A DNA stretch of 64,000 nt from Candidatus Spongiisociaceae bacterium (GTDB lineage Bacteria > Actinomycetota > Acidimicrobiia > Spongiisociales > Spongiisociaceae). The position numbers and the translations under genes are program-made. Below, piece by piece: positions 39,903 to 50,567 of this stretch. How positions within the stretch are numbered: the first letter of the stretch is position 1; each line of letters opens with the position of its first letter. Location: the NCBI GenBank assembly GCA_965262915.1, contig OZ253564.1:416001-480000 (forward strand), written 5' to 3'. The notes below the pieces were generated by a model. That model saw nothing but the letters and a program-made list of their open reading frames with translations. It had not been told where the DNA came from and made no database searches.

Positions 39903-41534
39903 TCAGAAGACCGGATAGGTGTACTCCTTGGCGGTTATGAACTCAAGCAATGCCGGCGTGCCCTCCCGCGTCTGGCAGATTCCGCGCCGGATGGCCGGGA
40001 CTATCTCCGAGGGCTCGGTGATCCGCTCGCCGTAGCCTCCGAACGCCTTGGCCATGTCTGCGTAGTTCCCCGAGATGTCTGTGCTGCCGTACTTCTCCTG
40101 GGCCACCTGCATTATGGGGATCTCGATCGCCATCGAGAAGTTGTTGAGGAGGATGGACAGGATGGGGATCCGTTCCCTCACCGCCGTCTCGAAGTCCATT
40201 CCGGTGAAGCCGATGGCTGCGTCGCCCCACACGTTGATGCAGAGCTTCTCGGGCCGGGCCAGCTTCGCTCCCATGGCCAGGCCCAATCCGTACCCCAGTT
40301 GCGTCGTCTTGCCCCACCCCAGGTAGCTGAGCGGTTCCCGGCTCACCCAGAACGGGGACATCTGGTCACGAGGACTGCCTGCGTCGTGGGTGACGATGGT
40401 CTCGGCCGGGTCGACCGTGTGCAACAGGTCCCAGATCACCCGGTACGGCGACAGCGGCTGCTCCTCGGAGGACAGCCTGGGCATCCAATCCGCGATCCAT
40501 CCCGCGTTGAGGTCACGGATCCGGCCGGTAATTCCTTGCCGTGCCTCTGCCTGGGGGAGGGCGCGACCCGCCAGTTCATCGAGCAGTGCCCGGAGCACGA
40601 GCTGCGCATCGCCCACAACGGGATGCTGGACTTCGAGATCCTTGTTCAGGTCGTCCGGGTCGAGGGTGGCATGGATGAAGGTCTTGCCCTCAGGCATCTC
40701 GAGGCCGAAGGCGGTGGTGGTGAAGCTGCACCCGATCCCGAAGATCACATCGGCGTCGTCCAGAAACCTGCGAACGGCGAGGGTTGTCGACCGTCCCGCC
40801 GAACCGAGGGCCAGCGGGTGCGCCTCGTCGAAGGCGCTCTTACCCCCCAAGCTGGTGGTTACCGGAGCCTTCAGTAGCTCCGCCAGCTCCCGCAATTCCG
40901 GCCAGGCCTTGGCGTAGTGAACCCCCTGTCCGGCGTATATCACCGGACTTCGCGCATTCGCCAGGATCTCCGCCGCGGCGGAAGCGTCTTCGGGGTCGGG
41001 GCCGACCCGGGTCGAGAAACTCGGCTGGTAGCGGAGTGGCTCGGGAACGTCCTGGCCGAACAAGTCGATGGGGACCTCGACCAGCACCGGGCGGGGACGC
41101 CCGTTGCGGAGTCGGGCGAAAGCCCGGCGCATCACCTCCGGAACTGCCTCGGCGACCGTCACCTGTTCCGACCACTTGGTGACGTGGTGGTAGTTGAGGG
41201 CGGAGTTGAAGTTGGGCGCCACCTGGGCGAGGCGTCGCGGGTAGCCGGCCGGCAAGACCAGGATCGGGACGGACTCACCGTAGGCCTGTGCTACCCCTCC
41301 GAAAGCATTCTCGGCGCCCGGTCCGTGCTGCATGGCAAACACGCCGATACGGTCGCCCGAGTTGACCCGGCTGTAGGCATCCGCCATATGCAGACCGATA
41401 CGTTCCTGGCGCACGACGATGGTGCGGATGTCCGCTTCGGCGCAGGCTTCGATGATCGGGTTGACGGGGTAGCTGACGAGGAACTCCACGCCCTCCCGTT
41501 TCAGGATCTCGGCGATGGCAGCGGCGACTTTCAT
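39903..41534 (-). CDS. Thiamine-diphosphate-requiring enzyme of unknown substrate
   Basis: RQERIGLHMADA, QHGPGAEN, HDAGSPRDQ, WGDAAIG..NN. Confidence 0.9.
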   Translation of the reverse strand: MKVAAAIAEILKREGVEFLVSYPVNPIIEACAEADIRTIVVRQERIGLHMADAYSRVNSGDRIGVFAMQHGPGAENAFGGVAQAYGESVPILVLPAGYPRRLAQVAPNFNSALNYHHVTKWSEQVTVAEAVPEVMRRAFARLRNGRPRPVLVEVPIDLFGQDVPEPLRYQPSFSTRVGPDPEDASAAAEILANARSPVIYAGQGVHYAKAWPELRELAELLKAPVTTSLGGKSAFDEAHPLALGSAGRSTTLAVRRFLDDADVIFGIGCSFTTTAFGLEMPEGKTFIHATLDPDDLNKDLEVQHPVVGDAQLVLRALLDELAGRALPQAEARQGITGRIRDLNAGWIADWMPRLSSEEQPLSPYRVIWDLLHTVDPAETIVTHDAGSPRDQMSPFWVSREPLSYLGWGKTTQLGYGLGLAMGAKLARPEKLCINVWGDAAIGFTGMDFETAVRERIPILSILLNNFSMAIEIPIMQVAQEKYGSTDISGNYADMAKAFGGYGERITEPSEIVPAIRRGICQTREGTPALLEFITAKEYTYPVF

Positions 41535-41822
41535 GAGTTGATCACCGGCTCACGACCGAAGGCCATGTCCCGGCGGGCCACCGCGCTGTTCCCGAGGGCT
41601 GGTGAGTCGTCCATATCCAGGAGAATCCCACTGCCCAGCGCAGATTCACCAGTTTCGTAACGGATGTAGATTCCCGCCTGGGACGCGTTCGGGGCGGCCA
41701 CTGACTCCTCCTGATCGGTCACAGAGACACGGCGCATCTCGTCGAGCTACCGCATCATGGCAGCCTACCCACCGGGTGAGGGCACCCCGATCTAGAGCCC
41801 GCAGAAGTGGTGGACCCCCAAT

Positions 41823-41926
41823 TGGGAGAGTGCCGAGAAACCCCCCGTAGGCCCGACGGTCGATGACAAAATGCCAGGTCGGCGGACGGAGGGCCAACCA
41901 ATATCACCGTTCTTGAGCACCCTCTA
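41823..41926. mobile_element. MITE-like element, copy F (reverse orientation)
   Basis: Reverse complement TAGAGGGTGCTCAAGAACGGTG..GACCTGGCATTTTGTCATCGACCGTCGGGCC..GGGGTTTCTCGGCACTCTCCC. Confidence 0.7.
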
Positions 41927-42010
41927 ACTGTCCGCCAACCGGCTACCGGGCCATACTCAAGGCATCGCGCCGCACCACGAAGTTGCTGCTGCTGACGATC
42001 ACTGAGATTT

Positions 42011-42042
42011 CCCAGTCTCGATCACCCCCAGTCTCGATCACC
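42011..42042 (+). repeat. 16-bp perfect tandem duplication
   Basis: CCCAGTCTCGATCACC twice. Confidence 0.9.
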
Positions 42043-42212
42043 GAAACTTCACAGAGGGTTCTCGGGGGTCGTGCTAGAGCGGCCTGGGGTCAGGGTGCGA
42101 GGTCTCGGGCGCGGTGAAGCCGCCGGCGGGTGCAGCCGGTGTGGGAGTTCCCGGGCCCGGATGCCGTACTGGGTCACAGACAGGCTCCAACCCGGTGCGC
42201 GGGCGCAACTCT

Positions 42213-43364
42213 TCAGCGAAGCAGCGCGATGCCGAGGAGCGGCACGATGATGAACATTCCCACCACATAAGCCACGGCTAGCAAACGCCGCTCAACTGCC
42301 ACGCCGGCGAGGGCTTCAGCCCCACGGATGGGGATCTCCCGAAGGGCGGTGATCGGGTAGAGCAGCAGGATCCCGCCTATGTTGAACAGCGTGTGGACCA
42401 GCGCGATGGTGAGTGCCTCGGGCCGACTCGTCGCCAGGGCCGCCAGCAATGCCGTGATGGTGGTACCGACATTGGCGCCAAGGGTGACCGGGTAAGCGTT
42501 ACGCAGCGACAGAACCCCAGCGGCTGACAACGGGATCAGCAACGACGTGGTGATACTCGATGACTGCACCGAGACCGTGATCAGCAACCCCACCAGGAGG
42601 GCCACCATGCCGCTGCCTTTGCCGAGAGCCCTGTTCAGGGTCCGCTCCACGCGGTCGGCCACAAGACGGCGCATGTTCTTGGTTACGAACGCGAGCGCTA
42701 CCAACACGGTCACGATCCCACAGACGACGAGCAGCGTGCCGAGCGTGTTGCCGTCTGCCCCGAGGCTGTTCCACAGTTCCTCGAGCCAGCCGACCGGTTT
42801 TTTCACCAGCGCCTTGATCGGACTCTTCCATTCGGTGCCGGCCGAACCGACCAAGGGGTCGCTGATTCGTTCGGCCAGGCCCGAAATGACACCGGTAGCC
42901 AACTCCAGCGGCAACAGGATTGCGACGATCGCAACGTTGAAGAAATCGTGGACTGTCGCCGCTGCGAAGGCCCGCCTGAACTCGACAGACCGCCTCAAAT
43001 GGCCGAGTGATACGAGCGTATTGGTCACCGTCGTGCCGATGTTGGCGCCCATGACCATAGGTATGGCATCGTCGAAACCCAGCACACCGGAGGCCACAAG
43101 GCCGACTATGACCGAGGTGCTGGCCGACGACGACTGCACCAGCACGGTTCCGAGAAGCCCTACGAAGAGCCCTGCGAGCGGGTTACTAACGCTGGAGAAG
43201 AGGCTCTCCTGGATGTCGGCGCCCAGGAGTTTGATGCCGGACTCGAGTGACGAGACGCCGACAAGGAACAGATAGATCAGACCCGCCACGAGCCCGGCTC
43301 TCACCAGCGGCGCCATCAAGCGATCATCCGCCAAGGGATCATCCGCCGTCGTCGAGATCCTCAT
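42213..43364 (-). CDS. Na+/Pi cotransporter (NptA/SLC34-like)
   Basis: Two QSSS repeats, GANIGT/GANVGT, AAATVHDFFN, HTLFN. Confidence 0.93.
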   Translation of the reverse strand: MRISTTADDPLADDRLMAPLVRAGLVAGLIYLFLVGVSSLESGIKLLGADIQESLFSSVSNPLAGLFVGLLGTVLVQSSSASTSVIVGLVASGVLGFDDAIPMVMGANIGTTVTNTLVSLGHLRRSVEFRRAFAAATVHDFFNVAIVAILLPLELATGVISGLAERISDPLVGSAGTEWKSPIKALVKKPVGWLEELWNSLGADGNTLGTLLVVCGIVTVLVALAFVTKNMRRLVADRVERTLNRALGKGSGMVALLVGLLITVSVQSSSITTSLLIPLSAAGVLSLRNAYPVTLGANVGTTITALLAALATSRPEALTIALVHTLFNIGGILLLYPITALREIPIRGAEALAGVAVERRLLAVAYVVGMFIIVPLLGIALLR

Positions 43365-43829
43365 CTGGTCGGGATCGTCCTAGGGCGTCGCCGGTCTATT
43401 GTCTTCGGCTGTCTTGTCGGTGCCTCTTGGTCGGGCTGCGCGTAGACGGGCCCGCCCTCGACCCGGCCGGCCTCGGGGGACCCTTCTCTGCTCAAGCCCA
43501 CGGAACCGAGACCCCAATGTGGCTCGGCGTTAGGACCATCCGCACCGCCCGGTCGCGACACCTGCCCGGCTAGCCAGAGGTGCTCGGCGAGGCAGAGACA
43601 CCTTGTCACTTGGCCAAGCGTTCAAGTGCTCGGTCTCGCTGTAGCAGTTTGAGGGCCTGCGAAGCGAGCTCTTTGTCTGTCCTGACGCGGTCGGTGGTGG
43701 CGCGTAGCGAGTGCACGATGAGCTAGTTTAGGCTTTCGTCTTGAAGGCGGGCACTGCTCGGGTGTCGTCGGTCAACCCATCGGGGAGGCCTCACGGGTGT
43801 CTGGTTGACCACGACCGCATGACATCGAA

Positions 43830-44175
43830 GTCGAGGGCGAAGAAGGATTCGGCTACGGCGTTATCGTAAGCGTCGCCATTCCGTCCCATAGACCCTCGAC
43901 GCCGGCCTGGTGGCAGCAGGTCCGGAACGCGGGGACGCATGAGACGGGCCACCCGTTTGTGGCCCACACAGACACCGTCGGCTGCCGGCTCGGCATGGAC
44001 GCGGGGCGCGCCATAGGTGCCCCGTGACCGGCTGTGGATGTCCACAATCCGGTCCCGGAGTGCCTGGTCAGCCCCCTCACAGGCTGATGGACGGCGGCCA
44101 AGCCATGCGTAGTAGCCGCTGGGGGAGACACCCAGAAGCTCACTCATGCGCCGTACCGAATGAGAGGCGATGGTG
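43830..44175 (-). mobile_element. IS3-family transposase OrfB remnant, internally deleted
   Basis: SVRRMSELLGVSPSGYYAW, TYGAPRV, KRVARLMR, then SMG..GDAYDNAVAESFF. Confidence 0.85.
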
Positions 44176-44885
44176 TAGTGCGGGGGGGCGTTGGATCTCG
44201 CGGCTTCGACCAGATCCTTCCTTCCCAGCACCAGGCCGGTGCATGCAGGCCCTGACAAGCCCTTGCCGCCGCTGAATACGGTCAGATCGACGCCCATGTC
44301 GTAGAAACGCGACAAGCCGCCGGGATGTGGCAGTTCGGCCGCAGCATCGACAATGGTCGGGACCCCGTGCCGCCGGGCGATGTCGACTCCTGCGCGGATG
44401 AGGTCCTCCCCGTCCTGCAGGTCAATGAAGAAGAGAGCAGCCGTCTGTTCGGTTACGGCGGCCTCGATCTCCCGGGGAGACAGAGCCTGAGGCGTGCCCA
44501 CCGGTCGCAGCACTGCACCGGTGTAGCGGATGCCCTGATGGATATAGCTCGGGCCGGCCGGCGGGCGGAGCACCACCTCGTTGGGCATCCCCTCCGCGTC
44601 CGGCAAGCGGGCAATCCTCCTCGCATCGGTCCCCGTCAGGCAGGCTGCCGTCGCCAGCACGACCCCGCCCGCGGCGCCGGAACTGACGTGGGCCGCCTCG
44701 ACTCTGGCCAGGCGGGCGATGTCCAGCCCAACCTTCTGGCTCAGTTCCACCAGATCGACAAAGGAACGCCCCGCCTCCATCATGGCCTCGAACACCTCCG
44801 GAGCCATGAGCGACCCCCAGATGTTGGTATTGTTCCCGGCCGCATTGATCAGCTTCTCGACCCGTAGCCGGTCATAGATATCCAT
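44176..44885 (-). pseudogene. SelA/DgaE-like PLP enzyme truncated by IS3 remnant
   Basis: INAAG, SGAAGG, DAAAE, FSGGKGLSGP (PLP Lys); C-terminal third replaced in-frame by IS3 sequence. Confidence 0.85.
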
Positions 44886-45136
44886 CGAGGTGTTCTTCAA
44901 GACTTGCGTTCCCGCTTCGTTTCTGACAAACGTACTCCTCCCCTTCTCTAGTCAGATCGCCTACTGTGGCAAGGGCGCCACGGAGCCTCCTTGCAAACAT
45001 CAGCCCTCCAAGCCGACATCGCCTCCCAGTGGGCACCCCGGTCGTCCTCGGGCCATTTCATCCCGCCCAGGACCGAACCCTGCCAGCAACGAAGCGTTCT
45101 TCGAAGTGCTCGCGAGTTCCGATGTGGGTCTGACAG

Positions 45137-46417
45137 TCAACGATCACGTCGCGCCGATCTCCGACGCCCGGCGACTTGTTGGTGACCCTGGGCGTCGCTC
45201 CGAGGATCCGCTCGTGGGTCGATCTTTTCGAGTCGGGTGAGAGCGGCAATAGCGATGATGGGACCCACTGCAAGGATCAGGAAGGCATAGCGCCAGCCCC
45301 AAGCCTCGGCGAGTGCCGGCACCATGCCGATCGTGATAAGGGGGACGAGGAATCCCACGGCGAGCTGGAGCGTGAGAGCGGTACCTCGTTTCGTCTTGTC
45401 GGCCGCTTCGGTGGTCATGACCGAGAACAGCGGCGAGTCGGCCACGACGGAGAAACCCCACACGACGAACAGGAACGTGACGACTACTGGCTGAGCGCCG
45501 AACACCAACGGCGATAGCAAGGCGGCCCCACCGGATACGACCAAGGCCAGTCTTGCGATCCGGATTCGCCCGCATCGATCGGACCAGAGTCCGGCCAACC
45601 AGGCGCCCAATGCCCCGATAGCGACAGCGGCGAACGCTACGGGCAAGGTCCACGCCTCCGGGTAGCCGCCAGACCGGGCCGAGGCGGCCAGGAAGACTCC
45701 GATCCAGGTCCACAGCCCGAACAGCTCCCAGTTGTGGCCGAAATACGCCAGGCTGATCAGCCGTACTCTCCGATTGCCGAAGAGTTGGCGGAGGTCGTGC
45801 CACGAGAACCGGACCGGGGGCGGATCGTAGGGGCCGTCGCCAACGAGCACCACCATGATGAGCGCGCCGAGAGCAGCGAGTCCGGACGAGGCGAGTACAA
45901 CCTGTTCCCAGGCCAGGTCCATGCCGGCCACCAGGAACGGAGTTGCGGCGCCGACGGTGAGTGCACCGATGAGCACCCCGGCCGCCGATCCCAGAGTGTC
46001 CCGAAACCACCCAGCCACCGCTTTGATAGCAGTCGGGTAGCCGCCGGCGAGACCGACACCGGTCAGAAACCGAAGCACCACCGCCCACCGGTACTGTCCG
46101 GGACCTAGGAGGACGAGCGCCGCGTTGGCGGAGAGAGCAACGACGGTCGCGATCGCGAACATCGCCCGGGTCGGCAGGAGATCGGGCCACCCGGTGATGA
46201 TCAGACCCACCGACCCGACTACGAACCCGACCATAACGGCCATCGTCAGACCACCAACCTGAGCAGTACTGAGGCCCCACTCCGCCTCCAACCGGGGGCC
46301 GATGGCAGCCGCTGACAGCCACAGGCTGAACAGCAGAAGCAGGCTGATCGAAATGGCGGTCAGGGCCAGTCTCTGCTCGACACTGACCCTCCGGCCACCT
46401 TCAGCCTTCGAAACCAT
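45137..46417 (-). CDS. MFS transporter
   Basis: ~12 TM segments; LRFLTG, YFGHNWEL, ADSPLFS motifs. Confidence 0.88.
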   Translation of the reverse strand: MVSKAEGGRRVSVEQRLALTAISISLLLLFSLWLSAAAIGPRLEAEWGLSTAQVGGLTMAVMVGFVVGSVGLIITGWPDLLPTRAMFAIATVVALSANAALVLLGPGQYRWAVVLRFLTGVGLAGGYPTAIKAVAGWFRDTLGSAAGVLIGALTVGAATPFLVAGMDLAWEQVVLASSGLAALGALIMVVLVGDGPYDPPPVRFSWHDLRQLFGNRRVRLISLAYFGHNWELFGLWTWIGVFLAASARSGGYPEAWTLPVAFAAVAIGALGAWLAGLWSDRCGRIRIARLALVVSGGAALLSPLVFGAQPVVVTFLFVVWGFSVVADSPLFSVMTTEAADKTKRGTALTLQLAVGFLVPLITIGMVPALAEAWGWRYAFLILAVGPIIAIAALTRLEKIDPRADPRSDAQGHQQVAGRRRSARRDR

Positions 46418-46524
46418 ACTTGCCGTCTACGCCGGACGCCTGAAGGCTGACACCGGTTCCCGGATCACGACGAGGTATCGGTTTCCATAGCCAACTCGAG
46501 GTACTCCCGCATCATTCGCACTCG

Positions 46525-47071
46525 TACACCTCGGCTAGCAATTATGGCGCAACGCTACTCCGCTGAAAGGCAGAGAAGACCAGGGGTCTCCCTGAGATCC
46601 CATTGATCCTCGGGAAGCACCGCGGCCGCCATTCCCTGCCGAACCCTGATAAGCCCCGAGCTCTCCAGTTGCTGGATGGCTTCGCGCATCACGGTCTTGC
46701 TGACACCGAACCGCTCCACCAGCTCATCGGCAGGCGGTGGGGATCTGTCATTGAGTATTACCTCTGAAACCACGTCCAGGGCAACAGCCGCGGCGACTGG
46801 ATCGCGCATCTTGGTACGTGGTACCGCCTCTATCGGCCGGGTACTCAGGCTCACAGCTGCCAATCTGGCACCTGGGTCATGTACCCTCCGTTGGCAGTGC
46901 CTGTCACAGCGTATCAGTCATATGATCGTCTACAGTAAGGTCATATTGTCTTAATGTCACCGTGTTGTGCAGGTTCCACTCAATCTCAAGTGGAGCCCGT
47001 TCTCCCATGTCCATTATGATGCAGACCTGGATCGTTTGCTTGAGGCGCCGGAGCAAGCCATGGTTGTCGTG
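46525..47071 (+). repeat. 547-bp direct repeat, copy 1
   Basis: Appears identical to 55468-56014 (offset 8943); ORF-track translations in both copies are identical. Confidence 0.92.
46555..46863 (-). pseudogene. GntR/FadR regulator, HTH-only remnant
   Basis: ELVERFGVSKTVMREAIQQLESSGLI HTH; early stop. Confidence 0.8.
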
Positions 47072-47458
47072 AAACACAGGTCTGCGGCGTTCGTCAGGCC
47101 GGACCTCTCACTGGCAGGTGGCATCACCAACATCAGGAAGATCGCTGCCATTGCCGAAGCAAACTACGTCGGCGTCATCCCACACAATCCGCTCTCCTGT
47201 GTGCAGACCGCTGCCTGTGTGCAGATCGACGCCGCTATACACAACGCCCCGGTTCAAGAGTATCCGCCGGACGATGCCGGCGGAACAAAAGCGGATCTGG
47301 TTGACCAACCCCTGACACGCGAGGGGGGTTACCTGCTGCTGCCCGACAGGCCGGGTATCGGCATCGAACTCAACGAAGAGGCCTTCTCGAAGTATCCACC
47401 CGTGTCCTACAACCGCCCGGCTCTGATCAATCCGGACGGAAGCCTGCGGGATTACTAG
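46967..47458 (+). pseudogene. Mandelate racemase/galactonate dehydratase family, C-terminal remnant
   Basis: RPDLSLAGGIT..KIAAIAEA..PHNP, PGIGIE, DGSLRDY; N-terminal ~60% missing. Confidence 0.85.
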
Positions 47459-48287
47459 GGCGTGTTCACCTAAAGTTACACTGATGTGATATCATTACGA
47501 TATGACAATAACACAAGAACAATACCAACTCATAGTAGACGTGTTCCCGAAACCCCGCGGTACCGTCAAGGTATCCAACCTCCAAGCCCTCAACGGCATC
47601 CTGTACGTACTGGAGCACGGCTGCAAGTGGCGGGCGCTTCCCGAACGGTTCGGGAACTGGCACACCGTTTACATGCGGATGAGCCGCTGGGCGGCCAGCG
47701 GCGTCTTGGACCGGGTGTTCCAGCGTCTACAGCAGGAACAGCTCATCGACCTCGAAGTTCTGGGCCTGGACAGCACGTCGGTCAAGGTTCATCCCGACGG
47801 CTGTGGTGCTCTCCGAAAGCGGGGTCCCCAGGCCATCGGTCGCTCCCGGGGAGGGTTGAACACCAAGATCCACATGGTCGCGGCCAGCGCTTGTAGCGCC
47901 GTCTTATTCGCTCTTTCCCCAGGTCAGGACCATGATGCTCCCCATGGGCGGGAGCTCCTCAAAAAGATGGGCCCACGAAAAAAGGAGCAGGAAGGGGAGC
48001 AGCTAGAGCTGTTCCTGGTAGCGGACCGCGCCTATGAAGGGGACGAAACACGGCAACTGGCCGTCGCTCTGGGCTACACGCCGGTCATCCCACCCCGAAG
48101 CAACCGCCGCCACCCGTGGGACTACAACCGTCCGATATACAAGCGACGGAACGAGGTCGAACGGCTCTTCCGACGGCTCAAAGGCTACCGGCGTGTCTTC
48201 ACCCGCTACGACAAACTCGACGTGATGTTCCTAGCATTCATCACCCTCGCGCTCATACACGACACGCTCAGAAACGTGAACACGCCC
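47458..48287 (+). mobile_element. IS5-family (IS427-like) insertion sequence, 830 bp
   Basis: Perfect IRs GGGCGTGTTCAC / GTGAACACGCCC flanked by TA on both sides (CTAG context). Confidence 0.92.
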
Positions 48288-48290
48288 TAG
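47502..48290 (+). CDS. IS5-family DDE transposase, single frame
   Basis: GCKWRALP, LDSTSVK, GRSRGG..TKIH, ADRAY, YKRRNEVERLF. Confidence 0.93.
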   Translation: MTITQEQYQLIVDVFPKPRGTVKVSNLQALNGILYVLEHGCKWRALPERFGNWHTVYMRMSRWAASGVLDRVFQRLQQEQLIDLEVLGLDSTSVKVHPDGCGALRKRGPQAIGRSRGGLNTKIHMVAASACSAVLFALSPGQDHDAPHGRELLKKMGPRKKEQEGEQLELFLVADRAYEGDETRQLAVALGYTPVIPPRSNRRHPWDYNRPIYKRRNEVERLFRRLKGYRRVFTRYDKLDVMFLAFITLALIHDTLRNVNTP

Positions 48291-48297
48291 TGGTCTA

Positions 48298-49557
48298 TTG
48301 AACGCCGCTGCTGAGTTCACCGTCAACGGTCGCCACTACCGGGTCCCGGCTCGTCCCGTCGTCGTCATCTGCATCGACGGCGGCGCGGACGAGTACCTCA
48401 GCGCCGCGATGTGTCGTGGGCGTGTGCCTCATATCACCGCGATGTCGGCACGAGGCTACCGCGGCTTGGTGCGGGCGGCCCTGCCGACCTTTACCAACGT
48501 CAACAATGCCGCCATCTGCACGGGTTTGCCACCATCGAAGACGGGTATCTGCGGCAACTTCTTCATCGATCCGGACACCGGCAAGGAGGTGATGACGAAT
48601 TCGACGAAGTATCTGCGGGCGCCAACGATTCTCGCCGCGGCGGCCGAAGCAGGTCGCCGGGTGGCGTTCGTCACTGCCAAGGACAAGCTGCGGGCGTTTC
48701 TGTCGGATGGTTTGCGCGGGATCGCGTTCTCTTCGGAGAAGGCCGACGAAGCGCGATTGCTCACGCACGGGATCGAAGATGTCGAGTCGCTAGTCGGCGA
48801 GTCCAAACCATCGATCTACTCGGGAGCGGCGAGCGTATTCGCACTGCGTGCGGGTGTCGCGATGATCGCCGACGGCAAGGCCGACTTCCTGTACCTGTCG
48901 TTGACAGACTACCTTCAGCACAAGTTCTCCCCCGAGGAAGAGCCGGTCGTGGAGTTCTACGAGCAACTCGATCACGAGATCGGGCGCATGCTCGAACTGG
49001 GCGCCGTCGTCGGCGTCACAGCCGATCACGGCATGAACGCCAAGCACGATGGCGCGGGCCAACCGCAGGTTCTCTACCTGGAGACCGAACTCGTGGCCCG
49101 ATTCGGAGACGGTATCCGTGTCGTCTGTCCGATTACGGATCCATACGTTGTTCATCACGGGGCCTTGGGTGGCGCAGTGACGGTCTATCTACCGAACGGG
49201 CTGGATCGTGCAGCGGTCGTCGCCTGGATTGCCGACCTCGACGGTGTGTCCGAGGTGTATCCGCGCGAGGTCGCGGCCCGCAAACTCGAACTCGATCCAG
49301 AGCGCATCGGCGACATCTACGTTCTTGCCACCCGCGACGTGGTACTCGGTCGCACGCCGGCGGACCACGACCTCATCGGATTGGATCGGCCTTTGCGTTC
49401 CCACGGCGCTCGCTACGAAGAGATGGTGCCGATGGTCGTCTCGGAGCCGTTGTCGGCCGAATACCGGATGAAGGCGCTTGGCGATCCGCGCAACTTCGAC
49501 ATCTTCGATTTCGTCTGCAACGGCACCGACACGGTGGAAAGGGTGAGTTTGACGTAA
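48298..49557 (+). CDS. phnA: Phosphonoacetate hydrolase
   Basis: VNGRHY, ICIDG, PTFTNVNN, GICGNFF, TDYLQHK, TADHGMN, ITDPYVVHHGALG, LRSHG, NFDIFD. Confidence 0.93.
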   Translation: MNAAAEFTVNGRHYRVPARPVVVICIDGGADEYLSAAMCRGRVPHITAMSARGYRGLVRAALPTFTNVNNAAICTGLPPSKTGICGNFFIDPDTGKEVMTNSTKYLRAPTILAAAAEAGRRVAFVTAKDKLRAFLSDGLRGIAFSSEKADEARLLTHGIEDVESLVGESKPSIYSGAASVFALRAGVAMIADGKADFLYLSLTDYLQHKFSPEEEPVVEFYEQLDHEIGRMLELGAVVGVTADHGMNAKHDGAGQPQVLYLETELVARFGDGIRVVCPITDPYVVHHGALGGAVTVYLPNGLDRAAVVAWIADLDGVSEVYPREVAARKLELDPERIGDIYVLATRDVVLGRTPADHDLIGLDRPLRSHGARYEEMVPMVVSEPLSAEYRMKALGDPRNFDIFDFVCNGTDTVERVSLT

Positions 49558-49741
49558 CAACTTCAGCGTGCAAGCGCGTGGGCGCGGAGCGAAGCGATCC
49601 GCTCGCCGACTGCCGGATCACCCTGAAGCTCCCCGAGGAGTGTTGGATGCTGCTCAAGGAGCGGGAGAGAGCAATCCTGGCTGCTGTCCTTCTACCGGAG
49701 CTGTCTCGACGATTCTGATGAGCCGGGGGGCGCTTCATCTC

Positions 49742-50059
49742 TCAGGTTGAACGGAACCGGCCTGTTCCTCGAAGTGCCCGCCACAGCCCGTCGACCTCCG
49801 GTTCGGGGTCCTCAGCGAGACGTTCCAAAACGGCGGGCAGGGCCCAGCGGCTTTTGGCTACCCCCGTCCGCACACTCGGATGGGGATCCCCCACGAGGTG
49901 GGCAACCAGCCCGGGAGGTGTCCAATGTCCGGAAGTTATCTGGACACGATGACCCGGATCCTCGGCGAGACGGTCCCGCACCTCCGGTGGTATGTCTTGG
50001 CTGCCCGCGACCCATGCCCGCAACTCGGCGTCCGGGTCCCCGGCCATACGGGTCGCCAC
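49742..50059 (-). pseudogene. LRV/HEAT-like repeat fragment
   Basis: Repeated LAxDP..VR units. Confidence 0.5.
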
Positions 50060-50567
50060 ATCAGCAGCCGACGTAGCCGAATCGTCGCCTGCCCATACTG
50101 CTTACGAGCCTCGGCTAGCTTCTTGCGGAGCTCACCCAAATCGTCGAAAAACGCAATCCCGAACTCATTCCCTGTCCCAACAACTGGTTCCCGTACAGGC
50201 GCCATCACGCCCAGCGGATGTTCATAACTGAACTATGCGTACGAACCAGCTGTGACATCCCCTAGGTACCGTTCTGACTAACTGTTGCCCCAGGACAATA
50301 GCCCTTTCTATGGACTCGTGAACACTCCGGTGTTACTTAAGGTGTTCCTATTGGACTATGAAGGAGAACGAACGGGAGGCCATCATGGTACCCCGGGGGA
50401 GCCTACTGGGGGTTCGTGCCCCCCTTGTCTGCTGGTTGAGACAAGTCCTTGGGTTTCGTGGGCCCGCCCTCGATGGTGTATTTGCCTATTCAGAGATATT
50501 GGCAGAGCATCTCTAGTAACAGCCGACCGTTACCCCGATTATGGGCTCATCGATGCTCCTATGGTTG

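Noticed and set aside
41531-41737. 68-aa ORF coupled to the ThDP enzyme start
   Set aside because: The ATGA overlap is suggestive, but no family motif is visible; probably a remnant cut near MITE copy F, so it is not called.
43370-43790. Possible small ORFs or IS-end remnants upstream of the Na/Pi transporter
   Set aside because: No recognisable motif, RBS or paired ends that I can support.
43791-44900. SelA-like/IS3 in-frame fusion as a functional protein or selenocysteine system
   Set aside because: The PLP enzyme lacks its C-terminal third and the IS3 part is internally deleted; no selB/selC/selD seen in the window.
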